64,000 nucleotides of DNA from Dehalococcoidia bacterium (GCA_965197675.1 OZ240221.1:2268669-2332668); one strand, 5' to 3'; counted from the stretch's first letter, positions 1 through 10,205 are shown. Numbers and translations: made by a program. The notes: generated from the sequence alone by a model not told the origin.

Positions 1-1343
1 TAGCACCAGGATCCCCTTCTCGCCGGTGGGGCAAGGTTCGCCTTCTGGGCTCATTACTGCCACATCTATGCCCGGCAATGGTATTCCCGCCGAACCGGGT
101 TTTATAGGAAGCATGGATAAGCCGTAAGGGTTACCTATCGCCGGCCCGCCTGTTTCCGTTTGCCACCAGTGATCCATGACAGGTACCCTATCCTTCAATA
201 CCGTCTTTTGGAGCCACTCCCAGGCCGGGGCATTCAATGCCTCTCCGGCACACACCACGCGAGTCAGAAGGGGAAGCTCACCCTTCGGGGTCGCATCTTC
301 TCCGTACCTCATCAGTAGTCGTACTGCTGTTGGGGAAGTGAACAGGCCCGTCACCCCGAACTCCTCCATCAGTTTCCACAGGACATCGGGCGATGGATAG
401 TCCAGCGCACCCTCGTATGCGATGGAGGTGCAACCGATCAACATGGGCGCATACACTATGTAGCTGTGCCCCACCACCCATCCAATGTCTGACGTAGCCC
501 ACCATACGTCGGTGGGTTTAAGGTCATAGCACCAGCGACTCATGCTGTATATGCCGACCTGATAGCCTCCGTGAACGTGGACTACCAGCTTGGGTTTCGC
601 TGTAGTTCCCGAGGTGGCGAGGATGTAAGCGGGCTCGTTGGCCTCCATAGGAACGTAGCTTCCATCATGGCCAACTCCTCGATCCAGAAACTCCTGCCAA
701 TGGAGATCCCGTCCAGGTTTCATGGGAACTTCATCAGCTCCCCTACGAAGCACTACTACGTGGTCTACACAGTCGAGGCCTGTATCCATAGCAGCGTCGA
801 CTATCCCCTTGAGAGGAACGTCTTTACCCCTACGCAGAGTGATGTCAGAGGTAAAGATCAGTCGTGAACCGCTGGCTTGCACCCGGTCGGCTATTGCCCC
901 TGCTCCAAAACCGGCAAAGATCACCGAGTGGATGGCGCCAATGCGAACTGTGGCCAGCATGAGCATAACCGCTTCTGGGCAAACCGGCATGTAGATAGTG
1001 ATGCGATCACCTTTCTTTATACCCATACCACGTAACGCAGCAGCGATGCGGTTCACTCCGTGAAGCATTTGAGAGTAGGTGAATACTCGTCGCTCACCCC
1101 TCTCTGTGGCGTAGATGAGAGCAGCGTGCCCACCCCAACCTCGCTCGACGTGGTAGTCCAGACAGTTGTAGGCCAGGTTGGTCTGCCCGCCACTGAACCA
1201 TCGAAATGTGGGGAAGTCGTGCTCGAAAACCTTGTCCCATTTCCGAAACCAGTGCAACTCCTCCGCTGCACGCCCCCAGAACCCATCCGAGTCCTCAATC
1301 GCTTCCTTACACCACCGTTGAACTATCGGATTTATAGTTTCCA
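1..1343 (-). CDS. prpE: Propionate/acetate--CoA ligase (AMP-forming), partial; 3' end lies beyond the window start
   Basis: Absent from the ORF track because it has no in-window stop. My translation from the ATG at 1343 reads METINPIVQRWCKEAIEDSDGFWGRAAEELHWF...WFSGGQTNLAYNCLDYHV...YILATSGTTAKPK (AMP-binding signature). It is the last gene of the prpD-prpB-prpC string. Confidence 0.8.
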
Positions 1344-1382
1344 TGCGCTATCCCCCTGGAAGGTCTGGTCGGGTGCTATGGC

Positions 1383-2513
1383 TTAGTCGGGAAGAGTGAG
1401 GCCTCGCGTCCCTTCGTAGATGGACCGGGGCCTGAACAGACGATTGTCGTTGTGCTGCTCCACCACGTGAGCTACCAAGCCAGCGGTGCGAGAGCACAGA
1501 AATATGGGTGTGTACAGTGGGATGGGGATATCCAGGAGATAGAACAGGAGACCTATGGGGTAGTCGGTGTTGGCGTGTAGACCTTTCTCCCTGCTAAGGA
1601 CCTTTTCCACCGTATCGTATATGGCAGCCAGGTCCTTTCCATCAGGTGTACGTTCAGCCAGCTTCGAGATGTAGTCTCTGAGAAAGACGGCACGAGGGTC
1701 TGGTCTGCGCGCGTACACCCTATGTCCAAACCCCATGATTCGCGCCTTTTGCTCCAGCTTCTCCATAACGTAAGGCTCTGCTCTCGATGGTCCCCCTTGC
1801 TGGTTGATCTCCAACAACATGTGTGCAGCGGCCTCGTTGGCCCCCCCGTGAAGCGGACCTTTCAGGGAGGCCACAGCACCAACCACCGCCCCATAAATAT
1901 CCGAGAGGGTTGAGGCAATGACCCGGGCGGCGAAAGTTGAGTTGGGCATCTCGTGCTCTATGTAGCAGATAAGAATACGATCGAAGACATCGAGGGATTG
2001 AGCGTCGGGTCTCTCTCCCTTCAACATATAGAGGAAGTTTTCAGAGTATCCAAGACTTGGATCAGGCCTTATCGTGGGAAGGTTGTTCATAGCTCGGTAG
2101 GCATTGATGGTGATGGTGGGCATTGCCGCGACTAGCCTGAGTCCCTTCTGGAGATTCGCTTCCTCAGAGTTATCAGACAGTCTGCTCGGCTCTTCGTAAC
2201 CGGCCAGGAAAGAAACGCCGGTACGCAGGGCATCCATGACGCTCATGGATTGGGGCATCAGATCAAACAAGCGGTACATATCGTCCGGGAGCTCCGACTG
2301 ATCTTTGAGAGTATTGGTGAAGGTTTCGGCGCTAGTTTTGTCAGGCAGATCTCCATAGATCACCAGATAAGCAACATCCACGTAGCTAAGTCTTCGGGCT
2401 AGCTCAATCAGATCGTAGCCACGGACTACGATCTGTTCTATTTCAACATCTAAATGAGATACGCTGGTAGGAGCAGCAACAACCCCTTCCAGTCCCGGAC
2501 TGTAGCTTGACAT
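1383..2513 (-). CDS. prpC: 2-methylcitrate synthase / citrate synthase family
   Basis: 376 aa with citrate synthase motif MGFGHRVY; flanked by prpB and an acyl-CoA ligase. Confidence 0.85.
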   Translation of the reverse strand: MSSYSPGLEGVVAAPTSVSHLDVEIEQIVVRGYDLIELARRLSYVDVAYLVIYGDLPDKTSAETFTNTLKDQSELPDDMYRLFDLMPQSMSVMDALRTGVSFLAGYEEPSRLSDNSEEANLQKGLRLVAAMPTITINAYRAMNNLPTIRPDPSLGYSENFLYMLKGERPDAQSLDVFDRILICYIEHEMPNSTFAARVIASTLSDIYGAVVGAVASLKGPLHGGANEAAAHMLLEINQQGGPSRAEPYVMEKLEQKARIMGFGHRVYARRPDPRAVFLRDYISKLAERTPDGKDLAAIYDTVEKVLSREKGLHANTDYPIGLLFYLLDIPIPLYTPIFLCSRTAGLVAHVVEQHNDNRLFRPRSIYEGTRGLTLPD

Positions 2514-2542
2514 AGTAATTGGAGCTTCCTTCTAACCTTTAC

Positions 2543-3433
2543 CTAGTCTCCCTTGGAGAGCCTCCGGTCTGTTTCCCCATAGCGATGATAATCTATGAGG
2601 TCGTACAGCTCCTCTCTGGTTTGCATCCGCTCCAGCCATTCGGTTTGTGTGCCTTTGTCTCGGATGTCGGTCAGCACGGACTCTACCGCTGTACTCGCTA
2701 CTCTCAATGTTGTCACAGGGAAAATGACGATGTTATAGCCCATCTCCTCGAATCTCTCGGCTGTGAGGTAAGGCGATTTGCCGAACTCGGTCATGTTGGC
2801 TAGAAGAGGGCCATCGACGGCATCGGCGTATATCTTGAACTCCTCTTCCGACTCCATAGCCTCTGGGAAAATGATATCGGCTCCCGCCTCTTTGTAGATT
2901 CGTCCCCGGCGAATGGCCTCCTCCATACCGTGAACAGATCTAGCGTCGGTGCGAGCTATGATTAGCAATTCCCTACGCGCAGCTACTGCAGCCCTAACCT
3001 TTTCAGCAAAAGCCTCGGCGGAAACTACCGACTTGCCATCGAGATGACCGCACCGTTTGGGAAGGACCTGGTCTTCGATCTGAATCGCAGCAGCGCCGGC
3101 GTCCTCCAGATCTTTCACCGTTCTCATGACGTTAAGCGCCTCACCGAAACCCGTATCCGCATCCACGATTAATGGAAGATCGCATGCCCTCACCATCCAA
3201 CGTACTGCATTGACGAGCTGATCGAGAGTAAAAAGTCCTAGATCCGGCAAGCCCAGACTGGCAGAGAACGCACCACCGGAAAAATAGAGGGCCTCGAACC
3301 CCACCTTCTTTGCCACCAACGCGGTCAAGGAGTTGAAAGCTCCCGGCACAGTCAGAGTTTTTCCATCGTCCAGCATTCGGGAAAGCCTGCCGGCATGGCT
3401 ATGGTCTCTATCTTTCTCCAGGAGCCATGTCAT
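2543..3433 (-). CDS. prpB: Methylisocitrate lyase (isocitrate lyase/PEP mutase superfamily)
   Basis: KRCGH signature (LPKRCGHLDGK). I prefer the internal ATG at 3433 (MTWLLEK...), which forms an ATGA overlap with the prpD stop at 3430-3432. The track ORF extends to 3484. Confidence 0.85.
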   Translation of the reverse strand: MTWLLEKDRDHSHAGRLSRMLDDGKTLTVPGAFNSLTALVAKKVGFEALYFSGGAFSASLGLPDLGLFTLDQLVNAVRWMVRACDLPLIVDADTGFGEALNVMRTVKDLEDAGAAAIQIEDQVLPKRCGHLDGKSVVSAEAFAEKVRAAVAARRELLIIARTDARSVHGMEEAIRRGRIYKEAGADIIFPEAMESEEEFKIYADAVDGPLLANMTEFGKSPYLTAERFEEMGYNIVIFPVTTLRVASTAVESVLTDIRDKGTQTEWLERMQTREELYDLIDYHRYGETDRRLSKGD

Positions 3434-4809
3434 ACTTCCAGTGTCTCCATAAGACTTTCCAAGTCTTGCTGCTCTTCCAGACACATTACTAAATCGACCG
3501 CCCGATCTGTCTGCTCCTGTGTCCAGTAGGGGCTAACGTTTACTCTAAACTTCTCTATCACCTCGTTGTCGGTCATCTTGTTCTTTGCATGCCCCCTGGG
3601 AAAGCTCACCTCTTTAGTCATTTGTCCACCATCACCCCTGCTAATAGTGATCCGGTTTGGGATACCTTCTGGATAGCCCAGGGTTAGTTGGGAGTCCTCT
3701 TCCAGGGTTGTCCTATCCAACAGCACTCTGATATCCGCATCTTGAATCTTGGCCTGCGAGAAGGACTCCTTTGTGATTGTCCCATCTTGAAGGGCAGCAC
3801 AAATGATGTAGGGCAAAGAGTGGTCAGCGGTCTCCCTGGTCTTGGGTCGCCACTTCTCCGGGTCTTTTGCTATTATCTCGTAAGCTACTTTGAATGTATC
3901 GATTTTGATTGACTCGATGGAGTCCAGCTTGCCATTTAGGCCATCTCTCAGGTCGATGGCTGCATCCACCGCGCTCTGGGCGTGATACTCCACAGGCCAC
4001 TTCTTAATGTAAGTGTCCCGAATGAGGGTGGGGGGACTGCCTTCTTCAACGGAACGTAGGGCTGCATCATCGAAGGCGCCACCATTGAAGAGTTGGCTGA
4101 AGAACCCCATCTCTCCCTCGAAGGGGCTGTAGGGGCCGGTGAACCCACTTCGAGCGGCCAAGCTGGCGAAAACGGCATTTCGGACGGAGTTGGCCGCCGC
4201 CGCCCCCTTCCACATAGATAGCTCTCCAGCCCTGGTCTGACGCATGGAGGCGTGAGGAACGCTGTAAATGGATATGGCATGTTCGATTTCAGGCGGCGTC
4301 AAGTCTATAAGCCGCGCCGCGCCACATGCCGCCCCCAGGCCAGTGTAGACGACGTGGTCCCATTGATGCTCTCGGAGGCTGGCAGCATCGCATAGGTCTA
4401 CCATCACCTCGTACGCCAACGCAATGCTTGCGACGAGGTCTTTAATAGACCGCTTGCCCCACTGACAAAGGGCCATCAAGCCTGGGATGACATCGCTGGG
4501 GTGAATAGGCTCCAACGATAGGTAGGTATCGTTGAAGTCCAGATATCTCACCATTACGCCGTTGGCAAAGGCGGAGGCTTCAGGTGTAGCCTGGGTGGAC
4601 AGCCCCCAGATGGCAGCTCCATCAGGGACAGAGTAGTCCGATGCGTATTTTCGTGCGGCCATTGGCGCATCGTCGCGGAAGGCAGCAATAGCCACACCTA
4701 TACTATCGAGGATACGGCGCTTAACTTCATGGATGGTCTCAGGAGGCAAGTCTTCCCACTTAACGTTATGAGCATAGCTGGCAAACAACCTGCTGTATTT
4801 ATCAGACAT
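3430..4809 (-). CDS. prpD: 2-methylcitrate dehydratase (MmgE/PrpD family)
   Basis: 459 aa, typical PrpD length and N-terminal region (RYLDFNDTYL); first gene of the methylcitrate string. Confidence 0.85.
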   Translation of the reverse strand: MSDKYSRLFASYAHNVKWEDLPPETIHEVKRRILDSIGVAIAAFRDDAPMAARKYASDYSVPDGAAIWGLSTQATPEASAFANGVMVRYLDFNDTYLSLEPIHPSDVIPGLMALCQWGKRSIKDLVASIALAYEVMVDLCDAASLREHQWDHVVYTGLGAACGAARLIDLTPPEIEHAISIYSVPHASMRQTRAGELSMWKGAAAANSVRNAVFASLAARSGFTGPYSPFEGEMGFFSQLFNGGAFDDAALRSVEEGSPPTLIRDTYIKKWPVEYHAQSAVDAAIDLRDGLNGKLDSIESIKIDTFKVAYEIIAKDPEKWRPKTRETADHSLPYIICAALQDGTITKESFSQAKIQDADIRVLLDRTTLEEDSQLTLGYPEGIPNRITISRGDGGQMTKEVSFPRGHAKNKMTDNEVIEKFRVNVSPYWTQEQTDRAVDLVMCLEEQQDLESLMETLEV

Positions 4810-4887
4810 CGTTAAGTTTCGTACACTGCCAGGGAATCCCCGGGGAACTAAGCCGCCTGCGATTGAGTGTAGACAATCGGGAGAACA

Positions 4888-4915
4888 GTGTCAATTTGGC
4901 GCTGCTGGATATAAT
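4888..4915 (+). promoter_or_regulatory. Candidate sigma70-type promoter for the VOC/hydantoinase genes
   Basis: GTGTCA (4888-4893), a 16-nt spacer, then a perfect TATAAT (4910-4915). GGAGG at 4932-4936 precedes the ATG at 4943. Confidence 0.35.
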
Positions 4916-4942
4916 ATTAAGCAGGTTAGGCGGAGGAACCTC

Positions 4943-5311
4943 ATGATAACCAATGTGAAAACGGCTGCCGTTTATGTCTCCGATCAAGATGCTGCCCTCC
5001 GATTCTATACTGAGAAGCTGGGATTCGAGGTGCGACAGAATCAGTCCATGGGTCGAACCGGTAGCTGGATAGAGGTTGCTCCTCCTAGAGCAGAGACTCG
5101 GATAGTCCTACACCATCGTTCTATGATGGAGGACTGGGAGAAGCGTAAACCCTCTATCGTCTTCGGCTGCCGGGATATAGAAGCCACCACTGCTGAACTG
5201 GTAGAACAGAGCGTGACCTTTACCCAAAAGCCGACCAAGATGAAGTGGGACGCCTTCGCCATATTCTCCGACCTAGACGGCACCGAGTTTGTGCTGGCGG
5301 AGGGAACATGA
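4943..5311 (+). CDS. VOC (glyoxalase/bleomycin-resistance/dioxygenase) family protein
   Basis: 122 aa with N-terminus VYVSDQDAALRFYTEKLGFEV, typical of the VOC fold. Confidence 0.75.
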   Translation: MITNVKTAAVYVSDQDAALRFYTEKLGFEVRQNQSMGRTGSWIEVAPPRAETRIVLHHRSMMEDWEKRKPSIVFGCRDIEATTAELVEQSVTFTQKPTKMKWDAFAIFSDLDGTEFVLAEGT

Positions 5312-5365
5312 CTAAGCCAAAGGCAGATAGCGCCAACAAGAACGACAAATGCAAAGGAGGCGACC

Positions 5366-6757
5366 TTGGATACAGTAGTTAGAGGCGGAACAGTGGTAAC
5401 GGCTTCGAGTGAGTTTGTGGGAGATGTCGGAATCCAGGGTGGAAAGATAGCCCAGATCGGCGGCTCCATTTCCGCTCCCCAGACCATCGACGCAACGGGC
5501 AAGCTGGTCGTTCCCGGCGGAGTGGACGTGCATGTCCACTTTGCTCCCTGGGGAGTGACGGAGGAGGAGGCGCTGAGGGAAGGCGGCACCACGTCAGACG
5601 ACTTCTACTCGGGCACGCAGGCTGCCGTCGCTGGAGGGGTGACCAGTGTCGGAAACATGGTATATCTCATACCTCATAAGGAGCCAAGCTTACTGAAGAC
5701 CCTGGAAATGGCAGCAGCTGACGCCGAGGCCAAAGCCATCTGTGATTTCACCAACCACCCGGTAATCATCGACCCATCACCTGAAGCTATTGCCGAGATC
5801 CCACGCCTTGTAGATGAGGGATACACCTCCATCAAGATATTCCTATCCTTCGGATTCATCGGACGTGAAGAGGATTATCTCAAGGTGATGGAGGCAGCAG
5901 GGAAACACGGAATCCTCTCAATGGTTCACTGCGAAGACGAAGGCATCCTCAATTTCACGAGAGATCGTTTGTTATCTGAGGGAAATACGAACATAAGGTA
6001 CTATCCCGAGAGTCGTCCCGTCTGTGCGGAGACAGCTGCCACTGCCAAGGCTGTAGCCATGGCCGAAGCAACCCATGCACCCATCTACGTAGTTCACCTA
6101 TCATCCACCACTGCCCTGGAGGAGACTCGGAAGGGCCGGACCGGCGGCCAGCAGGTGTACGTGGAGACCCGTCCTATTTACCTTTACCTGACCAGCGAGC
6201 GATACAACCTGCCCGATGGAGCCAAGGACGTGGGTGAGCCCCCTCTTCGTGAACAGTCGGACGTCGAAGCTCTGTGGGAGGGCTTGCGCATAGGAGACAT
6301 ACATACTCTCTGCTCAGACCATGCACCCTGGACGTTGAGTCAGAAGCTGAATCCCGCTTTGAAAATAGGAGGCTTTTATGCAGGAGTCGCCAGTCTAGAA
6401 ACTCAGATGCCCATGCTCTACTCGGAAGGCGTGCTAAAGGGAAAGGTCTCTCTGAATCGGTGGGTTGAGGTGACCGCAACCAACGCAGCCAAGCTTTTCG
6501 GCATGTACCCGCAGAAGGGGACTATATCCGTTGGCTCCGATGCCGATATCGTGGTGTGGGACCCTGATCTCAAGCGCACAATCCGAGGCGAAGAGATGCA
6601 CTCCAAGTCCGGGTTCGACGTTTTCGAGGGCCTAGAGGTGCAAGGTTGGCCGGTCTACACCCTCTCAAGGGGCGAGATCGTTTACGAAAAGGGTGAGATC
6701 AAAGGCTCCCAAGGTCGAGGGAGACGTATTGAGCGGGGTCTCTACAGGCCTCTCTAG
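5366..6757 (+). CDS. Dihydropyrimidinase / D-hydantoinase (cyclic amidohydrolase)
   Basis: TTG start. Metal-binding GGVDVHVHF, carboxylated-Lys region YTSIKIF, and VHCEDEG. Confidence 0.8.
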   Translation: MDTVVRGGTVVTASSEFVGDVGIQGGKIAQIGGSISAPQTIDATGKLVVPGGVDVHVHFAPWGVTEEEALREGGTTSDDFYSGTQAAVAGGVTSVGNMVYLIPHKEPSLLKTLEMAAADAEAKAICDFTNHPVIIDPSPEAIAEIPRLVDEGYTSIKIFLSFGFIGREEDYLKVMEAAGKHGILSMVHCEDEGILNFTRDRLLSEGNTNIRYYPESRPVCAETAATAKAVAMAEATHAPIYVVHLSSTTALEETRKGRTGGQQVYVETRPIYLYLTSERYNLPDGAKDVGEPPLREQSDVEALWEGLRIGDIHTLCSDHAPWTLSQKLNPALKIGGFYAGVASLETQMPMLYSEGVLKGKVSLNRWVEVTATNAAKLFGMYPQKGTISVGSDADIVVWDPDLKRTIRGEEMHSKSGFDVFEGLEVQGWPVYTLSRGEIVYEKGEIKGSQGRGRRIERGLYRPL

Positions 6758-6764
6758 GTGACAG

Positions 6765-7622
6765 CTAAATCCTGCTGTAGCCGCTCCCAGGCTCGTCCGA
6801 ATCTACACCCACACCCCTCCCATCCTCGAGCATGCCGTACTCTTTGAGTATCTGCTGACTATAGGTTACTCGGCCCGCTACTTTCTCCAGCGGTTCCGTC
6901 GCCAGGAGCAAGACCGCTCTGGCCATCAGGGAAGGAGGCTCTCCATCGGGGTCGTCGATTCCGCCAACCAGTCCATGAAAAATCGTTCCAGGAGTCGGAA
7001 CCACCAGGGAAGGGGAGACGCAGGTAACCGAGATGCCGTGTTGATACACCTCTAAGGCGAGCCCTTGCGTAAATCTCTCTATGGCTGCCTTTTGAGGCCC
7101 GTAACAGGCATCTCCAATTTCATCGTTAGGGTAGGTGTAAGGGCCTCTGCCTGGTCCTATAGCCGACTCCGACGAGATGTTGACTATGCTTCCACCGCCC
7201 CTGGGTATCATGTCTTTGAGCACCAACTGACTAAGGATGAAGGGAGCATGTACGTTGATCGCCCAGGTACGCATCCAGCGATTGATCTGGTACTCTTCTA
7301 TGGGAACGAAGTATGCCAAAGCGGCATTATTGACCAGCACATCAACAGGCCCATAAGTATCTTGGGTCTCTTTTACCAGCCTTTCACACTCCTCAGGAAG
7401 GGAGATGTTCACGGCCACCGGCGTCGCATCGCCTCCCGCTTTGCGGATCTCCTCACACGTAGTCTCCAACGAGCCTTCCAGAGGGTGATCACCCTCCTTT
7501 AGCGTACGAGCGGCACACACCACCTTGCCCCCCTCCTCCGCAAACAGCTTGGCGATTTCAGCGCCTATTCCACGGCTGGCGCCAGTCACTAGAGCTACTT
7601 TTCCGTCCAGTTTACCCATCAT
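6765..7622 (-). CDS. SDR family oxidoreductase
   Basis: TGASRGIG cofactor motif and YGPQK (YxxxK) catalytic motif. Confidence 0.85.
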   Translation of the reverse strand: MMGKLDGKVALVTGASRGIGAEIAKLFAEEGGKVVCAARTLKEGDHPLEGSLETTCEEIRKAGGDATPVAVNISLPEECERLVKETQDTYGPVDVLVNNAALAYFVPIEEYQINRWMRTWAINVHAPFILSQLVLKDMIPRGGGSIVNISSESAIGPGRGPYTYPNDEIGDACYGPQKAAIERFTQGLALEVYQHGISVTCVSPSLVVPTPGTIFHGLVGGIDDPDGEPPSLMARAVLLLATEPLEKVAGRVTYSQQILKEYGMLEDGRGVGVDSDEPGSGYSRI

Positions 7623-7636
7623 CTCCCCCTATATCT

Positions 7637-8326
7637 CTAGCCCATCGTCTTTTGGAGCCCATCCCAGAACAGAAGCTCGTTGGCCTGGAGAAATCTGGCC
7701 GCATCGCGGATATGCATGGGAGGGACTCCTTCATCCATTCCCTCCTGAATGATCTCAATGGATGGCTGCTCGGCTTCAGGGCGGGGAGTTGCGAAGAGAA
7801 CCAGGAACTCCACCTGCTCGTCGGTGAAGCCATAGCTTCTTCGAAGGGCCTGGGCCATTCGACCGCAGTTTGCTCCCCACGCCGGAAGGTTAACGAGAAA
7901 CGCCCCTGCTAACTCCGCCGGAGAGCCATGGCTGGCTAGCCATGCTAAGAAGTGAGTGTAGGCTTGAGATTCGGCCGATGAGGTGTAAGACTCCAACCAC
8001 TCCTCGGTTAGGTTCATAGCATTGGCCAGGACATGCAGCGCCTTGAATGCAGCGTCTTCTCCAGCGAGCACGTCCAGAAAGAAGCGCTGGGTCTTTTCCG
8101 TGGTGCATCTCGAGACCAAAAGAGCAACACTCCGTATGTCGCTTTCGATTATTCGATGCTGCTCACCTGCGAAGTGAGACAGCTTTTCCCTTGGAATAAG
8201 GCCCTTCTCTGCCGCTTCAATATAGGGATGGCTGAGAATGGTATCGTCCAGCGGTTTAATGCCTTGACGTATCTCTTCAACCAGCCTTTTTGCCTGCTCC
8301 ATATTCAACCTCCGGCTCTCCTGCAA
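7637..8326 (-). CDS. TenA/PqqC-like (heme-oxygenase-fold) protein
   Basis: 229 aa, all-helical composition, HPYIEAAEKG...L..FAGEQ pattern typical of the TenA/PqqC-like family. Weaker call. Confidence 0.45.
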   Translation of the reverse strand: MQESRRLNMEQAKRLVEEIRQGIKPLDDTILSHPYIEAAEKGLIPREKLSHFAGEQHRIIESDIRSVALLVSRCTTEKTQRFFLDVLAGEDAAFKALHVLANAMNLTEEWLESYTSSAESQAYTHFLAWLASHGSPAELAGAFLVNLPAWGANCGRMAQALRRSYGFTDEQVEFLVLFATPRPEAEQPSIEIIQEGMDEGVPPMHIRDAARFLQANELLFWDGLQKTMG

Positions 8327-8335
8327 TCGATGTAG

Positions 8336-8929
8336 TTAGTGAGATGGAGGATCTCCGCTTGGCTCCCCTACGAAGGTCTTACGGAACCGATACAGAGTCA
8401 TCTCCGGCTCGATGGGTGACACGGGAGGCGGCTCGACCTCTTCTATCTTGGCCACGATGAACCAGGGGCCGTCCTCACCCAGGGCCTGTCTAAACACGGT
8501 TTCTAACTCTTCTAGCTCTTTCACCGTTGCCGTCTTAGGAATGTTACAGGAAGCCGCCACTCGTTCCAGATCAGTCCCAAAGGCGGTGTGGGTGGGTTGG
8601 TGTCCTGTCTGGCCCCACTCCTCGTTGTCCCACACCACAATCACCAGATTCTTGGGATTCTCCCGGCCTATGGTGGCGATGGTACCCATGTTCATAAGCA
8701 GAGAGCCATCTCCGTCCAGGGAAATTACCTTCTCAGAAGTGGAAAGCGCCATTCCCAAGGCGATGGAGCTGCAAAGACCCATAGATCCGTATGTATAGAA
8801 GTTACGCTCTCGATGCTCCACGCTCCAGAGGTCGTCGGTAGTGGGTCCTAGATTAGCAACCACCGGCTGGTCGTTCAGGTTTTGAGCCAGGACTTTCGTA
8901 GCTTCCAGCCTACGCAAGCTTCCCTCCAT
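8336..8929 (-). CDS. comE: Sulfopyruvate (or phosphonopyruvate) decarboxylase, beta subunit (TPP-binding C-terminal domain)
   Basis: GSMG...DGDGSLLMN thiamine-diphosphate binding motif; a small split subunit next to the alpha subunit. Confidence 0.75.
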   Translation of the reverse strand: MEGSLRRLEATKVLAQNLNDQPVVANLGPTTDDLWSVEHRERNFYTYGSMGLCSSIALGMALSTSEKVISLDGDGSLLMNMGTIATIGRENPKNLVIVVWDNEEWGQTGHQPTHTAFGTDLERVAASCNIPKTATVKELEELETVFRQALGEDGPWFIVAKIEEVEPPPVSPIEPEMTLYRFRKTFVGEPSGDPPSH

Positions 8930-9416
8930 GGAGTTGAGGAGTAAGACACAGGGCTACCGGATGTCTAGTGTTGAAGCAGAGCTTCAATGCCCCCGACACA
9001 ACCAAATCCAAGTCCGAATCATCAGTGAGGGTGTAGAAGGGAATCCCCAGCACGTCCAGGATGGGGCGAGTAGCACGTCCCATGGGAACCTGGGCTAGGT
9101 TGAACTCACCGATCTCCCCCCTCAGGTTGATGAACATGGGAATGGGCATCCGGCAGGGAATCACCAGGCTAGCGATGGCATTGATGGTGTTGCCAAACCC
9201 ACTGGATTGCATAAACACAGCTGAGTTGCGGCCAACGGCATAAGCGCCACCAGCTATCCCTATAGCCTCCTCCTCCCTAGTTGCCGCCACAACATGGAAG
9301 TAGGGGTCCGACTCCATCAAACGAGTGACTTTATCGATGCTTATGTCGGGAACAAAAGGTATGAGTGAAACACGATTTTGCTTCAGCGCCTCGATTATAC
9401 GTTCCGCCCAATTCAC
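8910..9416 (-). CDS. comD: Sulfopyruvate (or phosphonopyruvate) decarboxylase, alpha subunit (TPP pyrimidine-binding domain)
   Basis: 168 aa, IPFVPD...EEEAIGIAGGAY...FMQSSGFGN; overlaps the beta subunit by 20 nt. Confidence 0.75.
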   Translation of the reverse strand: MNWAERIIEALKQNRVSLIPFVPDISIDKVTRLMESDPYFHVVAATREEEAIGIAGGAYAVGRNSAVFMQSSGFGNTINAIASLVIPCRMPIPMFINLRGEIGEFNLAQVPMGRATRPILDVLGIPFYTLTDDSDLDLVVSGALKLCFNTRHPVALCLTPQLHGGKLA

Positions 9417-9491
9417 GCGATGAATGCTCCTTCTAATGCCCTAATATTCAGCGTAAGGGATTATTACACATCCTGACCCTTGCGAAAAGGG

Positions 9492-9980
9492 CTAATAGAG
9501 ATTCCGTAATCTGGGGCGGAGTATCTGGTGGAGAACTACCAGGGTTCCTACACTGACAGCCAGGAACAGGACCAGGCCCCAGCTAAACCCATGGGATACC
9601 ACGCCAAGGGCAGTCCCAGCCGCAGGTGCATGTTCCGTATCCGTGATGGCCATTAGCAGAACGGATACGCCGACTGTCAGGGCCCCTGTCAACGCAAAGA
9701 AGAAGGCGCCTTCAGCGTCGAAGGCCGCAGCCACAGACCCGACTATAACGGCAATCGCGTGCCCTCCTATGACGTGTCTGGGACTCGCAGTTGCGCTGTG
9801 AGGCATTACGAACAATACGAAGGCAGTGGAGCCGAGAGCAGCGATGACCACCGTCCTGGAAAGGGCATCCTTCACCGAGAGAACGGCTAGTAGGGCAAGG
9901 GTGGCAAGCATGGTCTGAAGCAGATAGCTGCCTGGACTCCGCTTAACTCTTCGGTCGAAGATACGGAAGGGGATACGCAT
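9492..9980 (-). CDS. HPP family membrane protein
   Basis: 162 aa, four or more hydrophobic segments, SPRHVIGGHAIA motif region. Confidence 0.6.
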   Translation of the reverse strand: MRIPFRIFDRRVKRSPGSYLLQTMLATLALLAVLSVKDALSRTVVIAALGSTAFVLFVMPHSATASPRHVIGGHAIAVIVGSVAAAFDAEGAFFFALTGALTVGVSVLLMAITDTEHAPAAGTALGVVSHGFSWGLVLFLAVSVGTLVVLHQILRPRLRNLY

Positions 9981-10205
9981 TGATAGACTTCCACGTCAAT
10001 CCCAGTCCAGTTCCACACAGCCCGGTAATCTCAAAGCACGTCTAAGCTAGACAGAGGAAATTGTAGTGGTGCTTATCCACAACGTCAAATGTTCGTACAC
10101 GGATGGATTCGGAGTAGTCGGCCGCCTATGACAAATGCACTCGCAATGTGGTATACAATATCGCTCGTATCCCTTTTAAATGAGCGAGCAAATGGAGGTG
10201 TAAAA

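Noticed and set aside
5041-5592. 183-aa minus-strand ORF spanning the VOC gene and the hydantoinase start
   Set aside because: It is antisense to two motif-supported plus-strand genes and is Ser/Pro/Thr-rich, so it is spurious.
2543-9416. PEP-mutase-superfamily gene plus ComDE-like decarboxylase as a phosphonate biosynthesis pair
   Set aside because: The PEP-mutase-family gene carries the KRCGH lyase signature and is ATGA-coupled inside prpD-prpB-prpC. It is about 5 kb and several operons away from the decarboxylase, so methylisocitrate lyase is the parsimonious call.
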